NCBI GenBank assembly: GCA_016779565.1
Contig: JADHNJ010000008.1
Location: forward strand, 3,303-67,302
Origin: Pseudomonadales bacterium
GTDB taxonomy: Bacteria > Pseudomonadota > Gammaproteobacteria > Pseudomonadales > Azotimanducaceae
Reading direction: 5' to 3'
Length of the DNA stretch: 64,000 bases
This document shows, one piece after another, positions 30,786 through 40,416 of the stretch; the first letter of the stretch is position 1, and each line of letters starts with the position of its first letter. The position numbers and the translations under genes were made by a program. The notes under the pieces were generated by a model, which did no database searches, was not told the origin of the DNA, and saw only the letters and a list, made by a program, of their open reading frames with translations.

Positions 30786-32038
30786 TGTCAGCGATCGAGC
30801 AGTCATTTAAGAATGTGATGGCGTGGATAGACGACCGTCTTCCGGTTACAGAAGCCTATGAAAAGCACCTATCAAAGTACTATGCGCCGAAGAACCTAAA
30901 TATTTGGTATTACTTTGGGATTTTCTCGTTTTTGGTGTTAGCAAATCAATTGTTAACCGGTATTTGGTTAACAATGAGTTACGTACCTACTGGGGAAGAA
31001 GCGTTCGCCTCGGTTGAGTACATCATGCGAGATGTCGAGTATGGCTGGATGTTGCGGTACATGCACTCCACCGGTGCTTCGGCATTTTTTGTGGTGGTTT
31101 ATCTGCACATGTTCAGGGGCTTGCTGTACGGATCCTATCAGAAACCTAGAGAGTTGATCTGGATCTTAGGCATGTTGATCTACATCGCGCTGATGGCAGA
31201 AGGCTTCTTCGGATACTTGTTACCATGGGGCAACATGTCTTTCTGGGGCGCCCAGGTAATTGTGTCTCTCGCGAGTGCAATCCCACTTGTCGGCGAGGAT
31301 CTAGCGATTTGGGTTCGAGGCGATTTCAATATGTCTGGCGTTACGTTGAATCGGTTCTTTGCGCTCCATGTCGTTCTGGTGCCTTTGTTTTTATTGGTTT
31401 TAGTCGTGTTGCATGTCTTGGCATTACACGAGGTAGGGTCTAACAATCCCGATGGTGTCGATATCAAGAAGACGACGGACGACACGGGTAAGCCTTTAGA
31501 CGGCATGCCCTTCCACCCTTACTTCACGATTGGTAAGCTGCCAGGCATCATCATCTTCTTGTTTTTGTTTTGTGCCGTCATGTTTTTCTATCCAGACGGT
31601 GGCGGATACCTGATTGAACACCCAAATTACGAGCCTGCAGACCCTCTGAAAACGCCGGAACTAATAGCGCCTGTTTGGTATTACACGCCATTTTATTCGA
31701 TGTTGCGAGCAGCAACTTTCCCTTTATTTGGATTGGATGCTAAGTTTTGGGGTCTGGTTGTGATGGCTGGTGCGATTATTTTGCCGATTGTATTGCCCTG
31801 GCTCGATAAATCTCCGGTGAAGTCTATTCGTTACAAGGGCATGGGCAGCAAGGTCATGCTAGGACTGTTTGTGATTGCCTTTTTTATTCTCGGTTATCTA
31901 GGCACGGTGCATCCCACACCGCTGCGCACCTTGATGGCTCAGATCTGTACCGGCATTTACTTTGCTTATTTTTTGTTGATGCCCTGGTATACAGCCGTGG
32001 AGAAAACCAAGCCAGTTCCAGATAGGGTGACCATGTGA
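30785..32038 (+). CDS. petB: Cytochrome b
   Basis: 417-aa polytopic protein. The start overlaps the petA stop (TAATG). Heme-ligand contexts RYMHSTGAS and FFALHV. Confidence 0.96.
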   Translation: MSAIEQSFKNVMAWIDDRLPVTEAYEKHLSKYYAPKNLNIWYYFGIFSFLVLANQLLTGIWLTMSYVPTGEEAFASVEYIMRDVEYGWMLRYMHSTGASAFFVVVYLHMFRGLLYGSYQKPRELIWILGMLIYIALMAEGFFGYLLPWGNMSFWGAQVIVSLASAIPLVGEDLAIWVRGDFNMSGVTLNRFFALHVVLVPLFLLVLVVLHVLALHEVGSNNPDGVDIKKTTDDTGKPLDGMPFHPYFTIGKLPGIIIFLFLFCAVMFFYPDGGGYLIEHPNYEPADPLKTPELIAPVWYYTPFYSMLRAATFPLFGLDAKFWGLVVMAGAIILPIVLPWLDKSPVKSIRYKGMGSKVMLGLFVIAFFILGYLGTVHPTPLRTLMAQICTGIYFAYFLLMPWYTAVEKTKPVPDRVTM

Positions 32039-32853
32039 TGCGCCTCATTCTTGTTGTTTTAGCTCTTTCCGTTTTGCCCCAATCCGGGTTTGCCGCAGAG
32101 GTGGGGTTCCCATTATTTGAGATGACGCCTGATCTTGAGGATCAAGGGTCTTTGCAGCGTGGCGCTAAGATCTATATGAATTACTGCCTGGGATGCCACT
32201 CTTTGCAATACCAACGTTACAAAAGGACCGCCGAAGATTTGGGCGTTCCTGAATCTTTGATGCTCGAGCATCTGGTCTTTGACCCGAACACTAAGATTGG
32301 CGACCCGATCAAGAATACTATCAGTAAAGATAATGCTAAAGCTTGGTTTGGTGCTGTACCGCCTGATCTTACTTTGTATACACAGTTAAAAGGTGGGCCG
32401 GAATATCTCTATACCTACCTGCTGACCTTCTATGAAGATAGTCAGCGGCCATTGGGTGCAAATAATTTGGTATACGAGAATGTGGGTATGCCCCACGCGC
32501 TTTTGGAGTTGCAAGGCGTGCAAAAGAAGGTCTGTAAGCAGATACCGAAATTGGCCGCAAACGGTGGCGAGATGATGGACCCGTTATCTCAAAACTATAT
32601 CACTGAGGAGGTATGTGGCCTCGAACTCATCGAGCGTGGATATAGCCCACTCGAGTTGGTGGAAAATTCGGGGCAATTAACTGCCGAAGGCTATGAACAG
32701 GTTGTCTATGATTTGACCAACTTTCTTTACTATGTTGGTGATCCCTCGCGTTTAGAAAGAGAGCGAACAGGGGTGTTTGTGTTGATTTTTCTCGCATTCT
32801 TTTTCGTGCCAGCCTATTTACTCGCAAGAGAATATAAAAAAGAGTTTCATTGA
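32035..32853 (+). CDS. petC: Cytochrome c1
   Basis: Signal peptide, heme-binding CLGCHS and a C-terminal TM anchor. 4-nt overlap with petB. Confidence 0.94.
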   Translation: MMRLILVVLALSVLPQSGFAAEVGFPLFEMTPDLEDQGSLQRGAKIYMNYCLGCHSLQYQRYKRTAEDLGVPESLMLEHLVFDPNTKIGDPIKNTISKDNAKAWFGAVPPDLTLYTQLKGGPEYLYTYLLTFYEDSQRPLGANNLVYENVGMPHALLELQGVQKKVCKQIPKLAANGGEMMDPLSQNYITEEVCGLELIERGYSPLELVENSGQLTAEGYEQVVYDLTNFLYYVGDPSRLERERTGVFVLIFLAFFFVPAYLLAREYKKEFH

Positions 32854-32879
32854 TCGCTCAGGCGGCAAAGGGGAAAAGA

Positions 32880-33512
32880 ATGAGCGTTATATCTAAGCAT
32901 TCATCGATGGTGTTCTATTCTGATGGCGCTGATCATTACAGTCAGCGGGTGAGAATGGTTTTGGCCGAAAAAGGCGTGGCCGTAGATATCATTGACGTAG
33001 AGAAGGGAAACCTGCCTGAAGATCTAGCTGACCTAAATCCCTATAACTCATTGCCAACGCTGGTTGATAGAGACTTGGTGCTGTATGAGTCTATGGTCAT
33101 GATGGAGTATTTGGACGAACGCTTTCCTCATCCTCCTTTGTTGCCCGTCTACCCGGTTGCCAGAGCCCAGAGTCGCTTGTTTGTGTACCGAATTCAAAGA
33201 GATTGGTGTGGTTTGGTAGACACCATCGTTGCAGGTCGTTCAAAAGATACCGTGATTGATCGAGCACGAAAGGAGCTGCGAGAAGGTCTGATCACCATCG
33301 CGCCAATCTTCTCCGAAAAAGAATTTTTTATGAGCGATGAATTCACCTTGGTGGATTGTTGCTTTGTGCCCATCTTGTGGCGTTTGCCTGTGCTTGATAT
33401 TCAATTGCCTCCGAAAACAGCAAAGCCTTTGACCGATTACATGAACCGGATGTTCCGCCGAGAGTCATTCCAAGCAAGTCTCTCAGAAGCTGAAATGGAT
33501 ATGCGGGACTGA
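32880..33512 (+). CDS. sspA: Stringent starvation protein A (GST-like)
   Basis: [29 protein letters not shown].. matches SspA. I prefer the ATG at 32880 to the upstream TTG at 32850. Confidence 0.94.
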   Translation: MSVISKHSSMVFYSDGADHYSQRVRMVLAEKGVAVDIIDVEKGNLPEDLADLNPYNSLPTLVDRDLVLYESMVMMEYLDERFPHPPLLPVYPVARAQSRLFVYRIQRDWCGLVDTIVAGRSKDTVIDRARKELREGLITIAPIFSEKEFFMSDEFTLVDCCFVPILWRLPVLDIQLPPKTAKPLTDYMNRMFRRESFQASLSEAEMDMRD

Positions 33513-33537
33513 AGGCTGAGAGATTAGGCCAAGGAAT

Positions 33538-33981
33538 ATGAGCATAAGGTCTATCTCGAAAATTCCATTTTTGATCAGGGGCCTCCTTGATTGGATGATC
33601 GAAGCTGGATATACCCCCTATCTAATCGTAAATGCCCAAGCCGATGGCGTTGCTGTACCCCAAGCTTTCGTCCAGCCTGACGGCACAATTACCCTGAATA
33701 TCAGCGGAGACGCTGTCAGAGATTTTCATTTCGAAGCAGATCATTTGTATTTTAGCAGTCGTTTTCAGGGGCAGGCGCATGCCATTGCCGTGCCGCTGGA
33801 AGCGATTCTGGGTCTGGTCACAAGGGAAACTTCAGATGGCTTGTGGTTCGCGGGTCAGCCGGCGCTGGCTAAGGGGCTGGTCGATGACAACGATGCAGCC
33901 AAGCCAAAGAAGGTCGAAGGTGAGGTGCCTAGGGTCGTTAAACCTAAGCTGAGTATTGTTGATAACATCAAGAAAGATTAG
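33538..33981 (+). CDS. sspB: Stringent starvation protein B (ClpXP adaptor)
   Basis: N-terminal PFLIRGLLDWMIEAGYTPYLIV and a C-terminal tail ending in LSIVDNIKKD (ClpX-binding-like). Follows sspA. Confidence 0.93.
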   Translation: MSIRSISKIPFLIRGLLDWMIEAGYTPYLIVNAQADGVAVPQAFVQPDGTITLNISGDAVRDFHFEADHLYFSSRFQGQAHAIAVPLEAILGLVTRETSDGLWFAGQPALAKGLVDDNDAAKPKKVEGEVPRVVKPKLSIVDNIKKD

Positions 33982-34535
33982 TTGAGATACTCGAAAGCTT
34001 GGACAATCTTTTGAACACCAAAGACTTCTTGCGTGAGGGTAACGGCAGCTTTCGCTTCATCTCGGGTAAGTAAGCCCATCAAATAAACGACGCCATTTTC
34101 GACAACCACCTTAATTCTGCCAGCATCAGTCGAGCCATTGGTGGTCATTTTTACTTTTATCTTGCCCTTCAGCAACGCATCATTGGTCCGCACTAAGGTA
34201 GATGTTGGTCCAGCTACCTCAATCTCGTTGTGAACCTTCGCAACATGGCGGAGCTGACCTGCGATTTTCCCTGCCTCCGCCTTGGCAGCCGCTGTATTGG
34301 CTTGGCCTGATAACAGTGCTACGCCATTAAAAACGGTTGCTGAAATATTCATTCGCTTGACGTCTGGGTTCGCCGCTTTGAGATTTTTCATAATCAATTT
34401 GGCGGACCGGCTGTCATCTAGCCGAGTGCCGAAGGTACGCTTGCCCAGGTTGTCATCTTTAGGGGAAAGGCCGCCGCAGCTTGCGAGTGTAAAGGTCAAT
34501 AAAAAGGTCAATGAGAGTAAGGGGATTCCTTTCAT
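33978..34535 (-). CDS. dolP: BON-domain outer-membrane lipoprotein DolP (YraP)
   Basis: Lipobox LASC, two BON-like repeats, 185 aa. Lies downstream of yraN as in enterics. Confidence 0.82.
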   Translation of the reverse strand: MKGIPLLSLTFLLTFTLASCGGLSPKDDNLGKRTFGTRLDDSRSAKLIMKNLKAANPDVKRMNISATVFNGVALLSGQANTAAAKAEAGKIAGQLRHVAKVHNEIEVAGPTSTLVRTNDALLKGKIKVKMTTNGSTDAGRIKVVVENGVVYLMGLLTRDEAKAAVTLTQEVFGVQKIVQAFEYLN

Positions 34536-34585
34536 GAGGCTTTCCTTAGAGTCAGGTCGCTATCTTGCCAGCCCGTCGCCAAGAA

Positions 34586-34939
34586 TCAAGTGTCGCATGA
34601 AAAGGCGGCGTTAATGTGTCGTATCTGCTTGCCAAGGATTATCACATCGAAACGCATTGCACAGTCCGCAAATTCTGGATGGGAGGCTAGAAAGTGACGT
34701 GCCGTCCTGATGATTTTATGCTGTTTGGATATCGTGACTTGTGCCGCAGCTGAACCGAATTTTGATGACCTTCGGTATTTAACTTCAAAAAATATCAAGG
34801 TATCGCGCTGTTTGCCGATGATGTCTATTTCGCCCCATCGACAGCTAAAGTTTGTGGTAATGATGTGAAGCCCTTGCTGCACTAACCAGCCGGCTGCTTT
34901 AGCCTCAGCAGTTTTGCCTATGCGTGTACTGTGGTTCAA
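34586..34939 (-). CDS. yraN: YraN family (UPF0102) endonuclease-like protein
   Basis: 117 aa. Motifs GEIDIIGKQRDTLIFFEVKYR. Lies downstream of lpoA. Confidence 0.88.
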   Translation of the reverse strand: MNHSTRIGKTAEAKAAGWLVQQGLHIITTNFSCRWGEIDIIGKQRDTLIFFEVKYRRSSKFGSAAAQVTISKQHKIIRTARHFLASHPEFADCAMRFDVIILGKQIRHINAAFSCDT

Positions 34940-34952
34940 TCCCTCGATCGAC

Positions 34953-36965
34953 CTATATAGATTCTACGACTGTAGGTAGGGCGGTAACCGAGCCTTGATC
35001 GAAAGTGCCCCACATGAGTTGTCGCACAACGACCTGTTGCTCCATGGAGAGCCGACCGGTGTATCCGTAAAAAGGAAGGTCTGCCATTTCTCTGAGCTGC
35101 CTGAGCCGGGGTATAACATTAAAGGCGTCTAGCCCAAGCGCAAAAAGCCCACCCACGCTGCCGTTAGCGTCTGGGATAAGTTTGTTGAGGCTATTAAAGA
35201 GAGCGCTCTCTGGGGAGAGCTTCCAAGGCATGTCGCAAAATCGTATGCCATTTAAATCGAGATTACTGATCTTGGAAGCGTCGTCTTCGTTGACCAAAGA
35301 GGTCGCGTAAACGGGTAGGTCATCGGCGTAATAAAACGCTAGGGCTGGGTTAATTTGCTTGGCTTCAGCAGCATTGGTCAGCAGGCCGATCATGTCAATG
35401 TCTTGGCGCCTTCGAGGGGTAAACTCAAACTTTCTTCCTGTGATACTGCTCAGTTCATTGGCTCTAGCTAGGCTTTCATCAACTGCTAGAATATTCCTAA
35501 CAAATGGCGCGTAGGGTTGATCAGAAGTGAATCGCTTCTCTAGTATTTCGATATCGTCACGGTTTTTGAGGCTTGCGCGAAACGCGTTAGTGGTGCGATC
35601 GCCCCAATCGGAGTCTGGAGCGATTAAAAGAATGTTTTTAAACCCCATAGTTTCGCTGTGGCGGGCAAGTTGCCTTGCTTCATCTTCAGGCGCAAGTGAA
35701 AAGAAAAACAAATTTCCATTTTTAGGCTCTTTGTTCGTTGTACCCGTCAGTCGATTCAATGCGAGTACAGGTATCGGTAGGCGGGCATTAGCCAATTCGG
35801 CGACTCTGCCTTTATCAAGGGGTCCGACTGCAAAGTCAGCACCATCTGTCTGGGCCTGGTCGAGTAGATCAATGGCAGAGGACCATTGATGGCTGTCGTA
35901 GATGAGTAGATCCGACTCTCGACCTTGTTCGAAGTGCGCTGCCAGCAAGCCATTTAAGACGGCTTGACCCGCGCTGGCTAACGGGCCCGTCTGCGGGAGT
36001 AAAATAGCGATTTTTTTAGGTTGCCCTGCGACAACGCTATCAAGGAAGGAAAGCTGTTGAGGTAGTTGTTTTGCTGCAGGATGACCGACCCAAAGCCGTT
36101 TCCAGTTCGTGAGTGACCTTAGTTGCTGGCTGGGTCGGTTTTGGTACTGCTTTGTCATAGCTGCCAGAGAGAGCCAGCCCCTCAGATCATTGGTGACCGC
36201 TTGTTCTGCGTAGTTCTTCAGGAGTTTCGGCGGCAGCGCCATCAGGCTCATGAATAACAACTCTTGATTCTGAGTCTGGCCTTCTGGCGACAACAGTGGA
36301 GAAACTAGAACGCGTTCTTGGGCTGCAGACAGAACTCTTCCGGTAAGCTCGTAGGCCCTCGCTTTTGCCAATCCCAAAGCGATTTGATCAGATTCGCTGA
36401 GTTGGATCTGACTGAAGTTCGGTCGGTTTAAATGGGCAAGCGCTACAGCCGGCTTATCCTGAGCTAAGGCCAAGTCGGCACTAGCGATGACAAAATCAAC
36501 AAGCCCCTGATCGCGAAGATTGTCGAATGCAATGCGTTTTAAGATTCCCTCTGCTTCGATCAGGTTGCCTGCGTTGAGCGCAAGTCGAGCCGCTTTGGCG
36601 CGGTAGGCGCTCGCCAGAGGCTCTTTAACCAAACGAGCCAGCCGCAGCCCTTCTGAAACTGAGCGGATGTTGATCGAGGGGTTAGTTTGGCTGGTCTCAA
36701 GTATCGTAGCGGGAGTCAGAGTAGGGTCGGTGGGCGTGGTCGCACAGCCGACCAAGCCGCTGATAGCTAAGACCATCACGAGGCCAGACCCAGAAAGCGG
36801 AATTTGTCGACGGTGCCACCAGCGATTCGCAGCCGAGCGCGCTAGTTTTCCGAGGAGGACTGGCCAGTTTTGTTGGCGCAGCTGCCAAGTTAGACTGAGA
36901 CGATTGCCAATACTTTGAGGCCTTGTGCTTGCGTCTAAGCGATGATCAGTCATGGCGTCTTGCAC
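34953..36965 (-). CDS. lpoA: Penicillin-binding protein activator LpoA
   Basis: 670 aa with lipobox LVGC, an N-terminal TPR-like region and a C-terminal periplasmic-binding-protein-like domain. Divergent from rsmI as in E. coli and Pseudomonas. There is an unusually long segment before the lipobox, so the start is uncertain. Confidence 0.85.
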   Translation of the reverse strand: MQDAMTDHRLDASTRPQSIGNRLSLTWQLRQQNWPVLLGKLARSAANRWWHRRQIPLSGSGLVMVLAISGLVGCATTPTDPTLTPATILETSQTNPSINIRSVSEGLRLARLVKEPLASAYRAKAARLALNAGNLIEAEGILKRIAFDNLRDQGLVDFVIASADLALAQDKPAVALAHLNRPNFSQIQLSESDQIALGLAKARAYELTGRVLSAAQERVLVSPLLSPEGQTQNQELLFMSLMALPPKLLKNYAEQAVTNDLRGWLSLAAMTKQYQNRPSQQLRSLTNWKRLWVGHPAAKQLPQQLSFLDSVVAGQPKKIAILLPQTGPLASAGQAVLNGLLAAHFEQGRESDLLIYDSHQWSSAIDLLDQAQTDGADFAVGPLDKGRVAELANARLPIPVLALNRLTGTTNKEPKNGNLFFFSLAPEDEARQLARHSETMGFKNILLIAPDSDWGDRTTNAFRASLKNRDDIEILEKRFTSDQPYAPFVRNILAVDESLARANELSSITGRKFEFTPRRRQDIDMIGLLTNAAEAKQINPALAFYYADDLPVYATSLVNEDDASKISNLDLNGIRFCDMPWKLSPESALFNSLNKLIPDANGSVGGLFALGLDAFNVIPRLRQLREMADLPFYGYTGRLSMEQQVVVRQLMWGTFDQGSVTALPTVVESI

Positions 36966-37195
36966 TCATAGGTCCTTTAAAAATATGTTGAGTAAGTGCG
37001 TTGCTTCTGGTTATTGCTGGCTCACAGTGAATCCGATAAAGCTAGCATTGCAATTCGAACGGTTGCTCTGGGCTTACAGTTGTTATCGGTTCTCCCGCTC
37101 GGCTAATTGGCATGATCGTTCCTGTTTGGGTTTTATCCTGCTTTAGATGGTTGCTATCGCCGTAATCCTTTACTCTTAGTAAGTTTAAGCTAAGA

Positions 37196-38047
37196 GTGCG
37201 AGTCGTTGTGAGTAAATTGTACATAGTTGCAACGCCAATCGGCAATTTGAAAGATATTTCTACTAGGGCGCTGGAAACTTTAGCAGCGGTAGATTTGATA
37301 GCAGCTGAGGATACGCGACACAGTAAGCGGATGCTCAATCATTATGGTATCGAGCAAACATTGGTGGCGCTGCATGATCACAATGAAACGCACCAGAGCG
37401 ATGTCTTAGTTGCTCGTATGTTAGCAGGAGAGACTGTGGCCCTCGTGTCAGATGCGGGTACGCCGCTTATTTCTGATCCGGGCTATCGACTCGTGCGAGC
37501 CGCACAGGCTGCGGGTGTTAGGGTTGAGCCAGTGCCGGGTGCATCTGCGGTGACTGCGGCTTTGTCGGTCTCAGGCTTGCCTACTGATCAATTTTTGTTT
37601 TTGGGTTTTTTGCCCGTCAAAGGTCGACAAACGAAGATCAATGAAGTTTGTCGCTATCCTGGCACGCTGATCATGTATGAGGCGCCTCATCGTATTAAAG
37701 CGTTGCTGGATACGCTCATACTGCAATTGGGTGGCGAGCGACAAGCGGTCATTTGCCGGGAGCTGACCAAACTCTATGAGCAAGTGGTGCCCGGTTCGTT
37801 AGATTCGCTACGAGAATGTATTGGTGCGGGAGAAATCCCCTGTAAAGGAGAATTCGTCGTGCTTGTTGCAGGCTCTGACTCTCATCCTGAAGTCGGTGAG
37901 GTGTCACTGGACGACTGTCTGAGCGCGTTAATGTCCGAATTGCCCATTTCCAAAGCAGCGGAGCTCGCAAGTTCTATGCTGGGGTTAAAACGTAATCAGG
38001 CCTATAAGCGTGCGCTTGCGATCAAAAGTGAACGTGAGAAGTTGTGA
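37196..38047 (+). CDS. rsmI: 16S rRNA (cytidine1402-2'-O)-methyltransferase
   Basis: Motifs LYIVATPIGNLKDIS and AEDTRHS. The start is GTG 37196 or GTG 37208. Confidence 0.94.
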   Translation: MRVVVSKLYIVATPIGNLKDISTRALETLAAVDLIAAEDTRHSKRMLNHYGIEQTLVALHDHNETHQSDVLVARMLAGETVALVSDAGTPLISDPGYRLVRAAQAAGVRVEPVPGASAVTAALSVSGLPTDQFLFLGFLPVKGRQTKINEVCRYPGTLIMYEAPHRIKALLDTLILQLGGERQAVICRELTKLYEQVVPGSLDSLRECIGAGEIPCKGEFVVLVAGSDSHPEVGEVSLDDCLSALMSELPISKAAELASSMLGLKRNQAYKRALAIKSEREKL

Positions 38048-38070
38048 AGGCCCAGGTTCCGGGGTAAGCT
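38042..38070 (+). promoter_or_regulatory. Putative rnpB promoter (TTGTGA-N17-TAAGCT)
   Basis: The -10 hexamer ends 6 nt before G38077, the first base of the P1 helix. The -35 hexamer contains the rsmI stop codon. Confidence 0.5.
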
Positions 38071-38076
38071 CGAGAC

Positions 38077-38419
38077 GGGAGTTAGCTAGGTAATCGCTGC
38101 GCAAGCAGAGGAAAGTCCGGGCTCCATAGGGCAGAGTGCCAGGTAACGCCTGGGGGGCGCGAGCCTACGGCAAGTGCAACAGAAAGGATACCGCCGCATA
38201 CGTGAGTGTGAGGTAAGGGTGAAATGGTGCGGTAAGAGCGCACCGCGTGACTGGTAACAGGAACGGCAAGGTAAACCCCACTCGGAGCAAGACCAAATAG
38301 GAACTCTTATGCTGTTGCCCGCAGTTGAGTTCGGGTAGGTCGCTATAGGTGTCTGGCGACAGACATCACAGATGAATGATTATCCTCGACAGAACCCGGC
38401 TTATTGCTAACTCCCTTAT
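38077..38419 (+). ncRNA. rnpB: RNase P RNA, bacterial type A
   Basis: P1 pairing GGGAGTTAGC (38077-38086) with GCTAACTCCC (38406-38415). Universally conserved blocks GAGGAAAGTCCGGGCTCCATAGGGCA, AGGGTGAAA.GGTGCGGTAAGAGCGCACCG and ACAGAACCCGGCTTA. The 3' end is approximate. Confidence 0.95.
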
Positions 38420-38591
38420 TTCAATGGATTCATATTCCAAAAAAGTCTAAAAATCCTAAAACTTAATAATTCACATTAAGTTTGTAGCACATCTTGCTGT
38501 CTCTGATCGCTATCTTAGTTTGATCCAGAATTGGTATTCCCAAAGTTTTGTAAACCCTTGTCTTACTTGGAGAAAAGTTAATTTTCCAAGC

Positions 38592-38620
38592 TTGACATCA
38601 AACTTGGGTATTCTTAAGGT
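38592..38620 (+). promoter_or_regulatory. Putative Pmra promoter (TTGACA-N17-TAAGGT)
   Basis: Consensus -35 hexamer and a good -10 hexamer 65 nt upstream of the mraZ GTG. Confidence 0.6.
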
Positions 38621-38635
38621 TCGAAGTGCACAAAT

Positions 38636-38660
38636 GTGGGTATTTGTGGGGTTAAGTGGG
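38636..38660 (+). promoter_or_regulatory. Putative MraZ operator: three direct GTGGG repeats at exact 10-bp spacing
   Basis: GTGGG at 38636, 38646 and 38656, just downstream of the -10 hexamer. This matches the TGGGN direct-repeat operator described for E. coli MraZ. Confidence 0.6.
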
Positions 38661-38684
38661 GCAATAAGCGAGTAGGATGAGCCA

Positions 38685-39137
38685 GTGTTTCGAGGCGTTA
38701 ACCAAGTCAATATGGACGCAAAGGGTCGATTAACGGTCCCTACACGTTATCGCGACGAGATTATTGAATCTTGTCGAGGTTCAATGGTCGTGACAATTGA
38801 TACCGACGAGCGATGTTTGCTGATCTATCCCCAGCCAGCCTGGGAAGACATTCAAAGAAAGGTCGAGTCTTTGCCGAGTTTTAATACAGCCGCTCGGCGG
38901 GTTCAACGGCTGCTCATCGGCCATGCGACCGATATCCCAATGGATAGGAATGGTCGACTGCTGATCACGCCACCCCTTCGAGATTATGCAGCCCTAGGTA
39001 AACATACTGTGTTATTGGGCCAAGGCAACAAGTTAGAACTTTGGGATGAAACCGTCTGGAATACGCGTCGCGATCAGTGGCTTGAAGTGCAATCAGAAGG
39101 CGGTATGCCAGACGAATTGCAAACGTTATCACTGTAG
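38685..39137 (+). CDS. mraZ: Transcriptional regulator MraZ
   Basis: GTG start. MFRGVNQVNMDAKGRLTVP and a second DRNGRLLITP repeat. 150 aa. Confidence 0.96.
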   Translation: MFRGVNQVNMDAKGRLTVPTRYRDEIIESCRGSMVVTIDTDERCLLIYPQPAWEDIQRKVESLPSFNTAARRVQRLLIGHATDIPMDRNGRLLITPPLRDYAALGKHTVLLGQGNKLELWDETVWNTRRDQWLEVQSEGGMPDELQTLSL

Positions 39138-39148
39138 GAATCGCGCTG

Positions 39149-40063
39149 ATGCACGTACCAGTGATGCTCGAACAGGCGGTAGAAGTACTGGTGCATCGGG
39201 TTGATGGAAGATACGTAGACTGCACATTTGGCCGAGGTGGTCATACTGCTGCCATATTAGATCGACTGTCTGATCAGGGACAATTGATGGTGATTGACAA
39301 AGATCCAGAAGCAATTGAAGTAGCCCGAGCACGGTTCGGAGCAGATCCGAGAGTCGTTATTGTTCATGGGTCCTTTGGATCATTAAGCGCGCATCTAGCA
39401 TCGGTTGCGTTTGATCGAGTTGATGGATTGCTTTTAGACCTGGGGGTTTCCTCAAATCAAATCGATATCGCTGAAAGAGGGTTTAGCTTTGGGCGCGAGG
39501 GACCGCTCGATATGCGAATGGACAACAGCCAAGGTATGACCGCTGAGGATTGGTTGCTTGAGACTTCCGAGCAAGATATTGCTCATGTCTTGAAAGCTTA
39601 TGGCGAGGAACGATATGCCCGGCGCATCGCGCGGGCGATTGTGGCGGCGAGGGAAGTTGCGCCGCTGAAAACGACCACTGATTTAGCGCAGTTGGTCACG
39701 AATGCTTCGCCGAGCAACGACCCGCACAAGCATCCTGCAACACGTGTCTTTCAAGCAATTCGTATTGCCGTTAATCAAGAGCTTCAGGATCTACAAGCCT
39801 GTTTGGCCGCCACCACCGACGCGCTGAGACTTGGTGGCAGGCTTGTGGTCATCAGTTTTCACTCGCTCGAAGATAGGATGACCAAACGCTTTATTAAGCA
39901 GCAGGAAAAAAACGACCCCTACCCGGCTAAGTTGCCTGTCTTTGATCATCAGATAGAGCGTCGCGTTCGATCTTTGGGTAAGTGGCGTGCGAATCAGTCA
40001 GAAGTTGCGGCAAACCCTAGGGCACGAAGTGCTGTCATGCGCGGGATGGAGAAAATCGCGTGA
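39149..40063 (+). CDS. rsmH: 16S rRNA (cytosine1402-N4)-methyltransferase
   Basis: Motifs HVPVML, DCTFGRGGH, LLDLGVSS and SFHSLEDR. Confidence 0.96.
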   Translation: MHVPVMLEQAVEVLVHRVDGRYVDCTFGRGGHTAAILDRLSDQGQLMVIDKDPEAIEVARARFGADPRVVIVHGSFGSLSAHLASVAFDRVDGLLLDLGVSSNQIDIAERGFSFGREGPLDMRMDNSQGMTAEDWLLETSEQDIAHVLKAYGEERYARRIARAIVAAREVAPLKTTTDLAQLVTNASPSNDPHKHPATRVFQAIRIAVNQELQDLQACLAATTDALRLGGRLVVISFHSLEDRMTKRFIKQQEKNDPYPAKLPVFDHQIERRVRSLGKWRANQSEVAANPRARSAVMRGMEKIA

Positions 40064-40416
40064 ATCAGCCGACACTATTAATGCAATCGCTTGCTTGGCT
40101 GATCTCAGGGTGGCCCCTACGGCTGCTGTTGCTACTGGTCTTTGTGATGGCTTCAAGTATTGGCGTGATCTTAGTTTCCCACGAAACGCGCGCCCTGTAT
40201 GGCCGGTTGCAAGTTGAAGAACATGTAGGCGATAACTTAGATAGCGAATATGAGCGTCTATTATTAGAGCAAAGCGCTTGGGCCGGATATCACAGAATCG
40301 ATCAGTTAGCTCGGGAAGAGTTACAGATGCGCTCACCTAATCAGAGCAGCTTAGTCCTGATGCGCCGTGCTCCGAGGATTGTGCAAACAGCCAGTGCCGT
40401 TGGAGAGCAGCAATGA
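40060..40416 (+). CDS. ftsL: Cell division protein FtsL
   Basis: 118 aa with a single TM helix followed by a coiled coil. Lies between rsmH and ftsI with 4-nt overlaps. Confidence 0.88.
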   Translation: MNQPTLLMQSLAWLISGWPLRLLLLLVFVMASSIGVILVSHETRALYGRLQVEEHVGDNLDSEYERLLLEQSAWAGYHRIDQLAREELQMRSPNQSSLVLMRRAPRIVQTASAVGEQQ

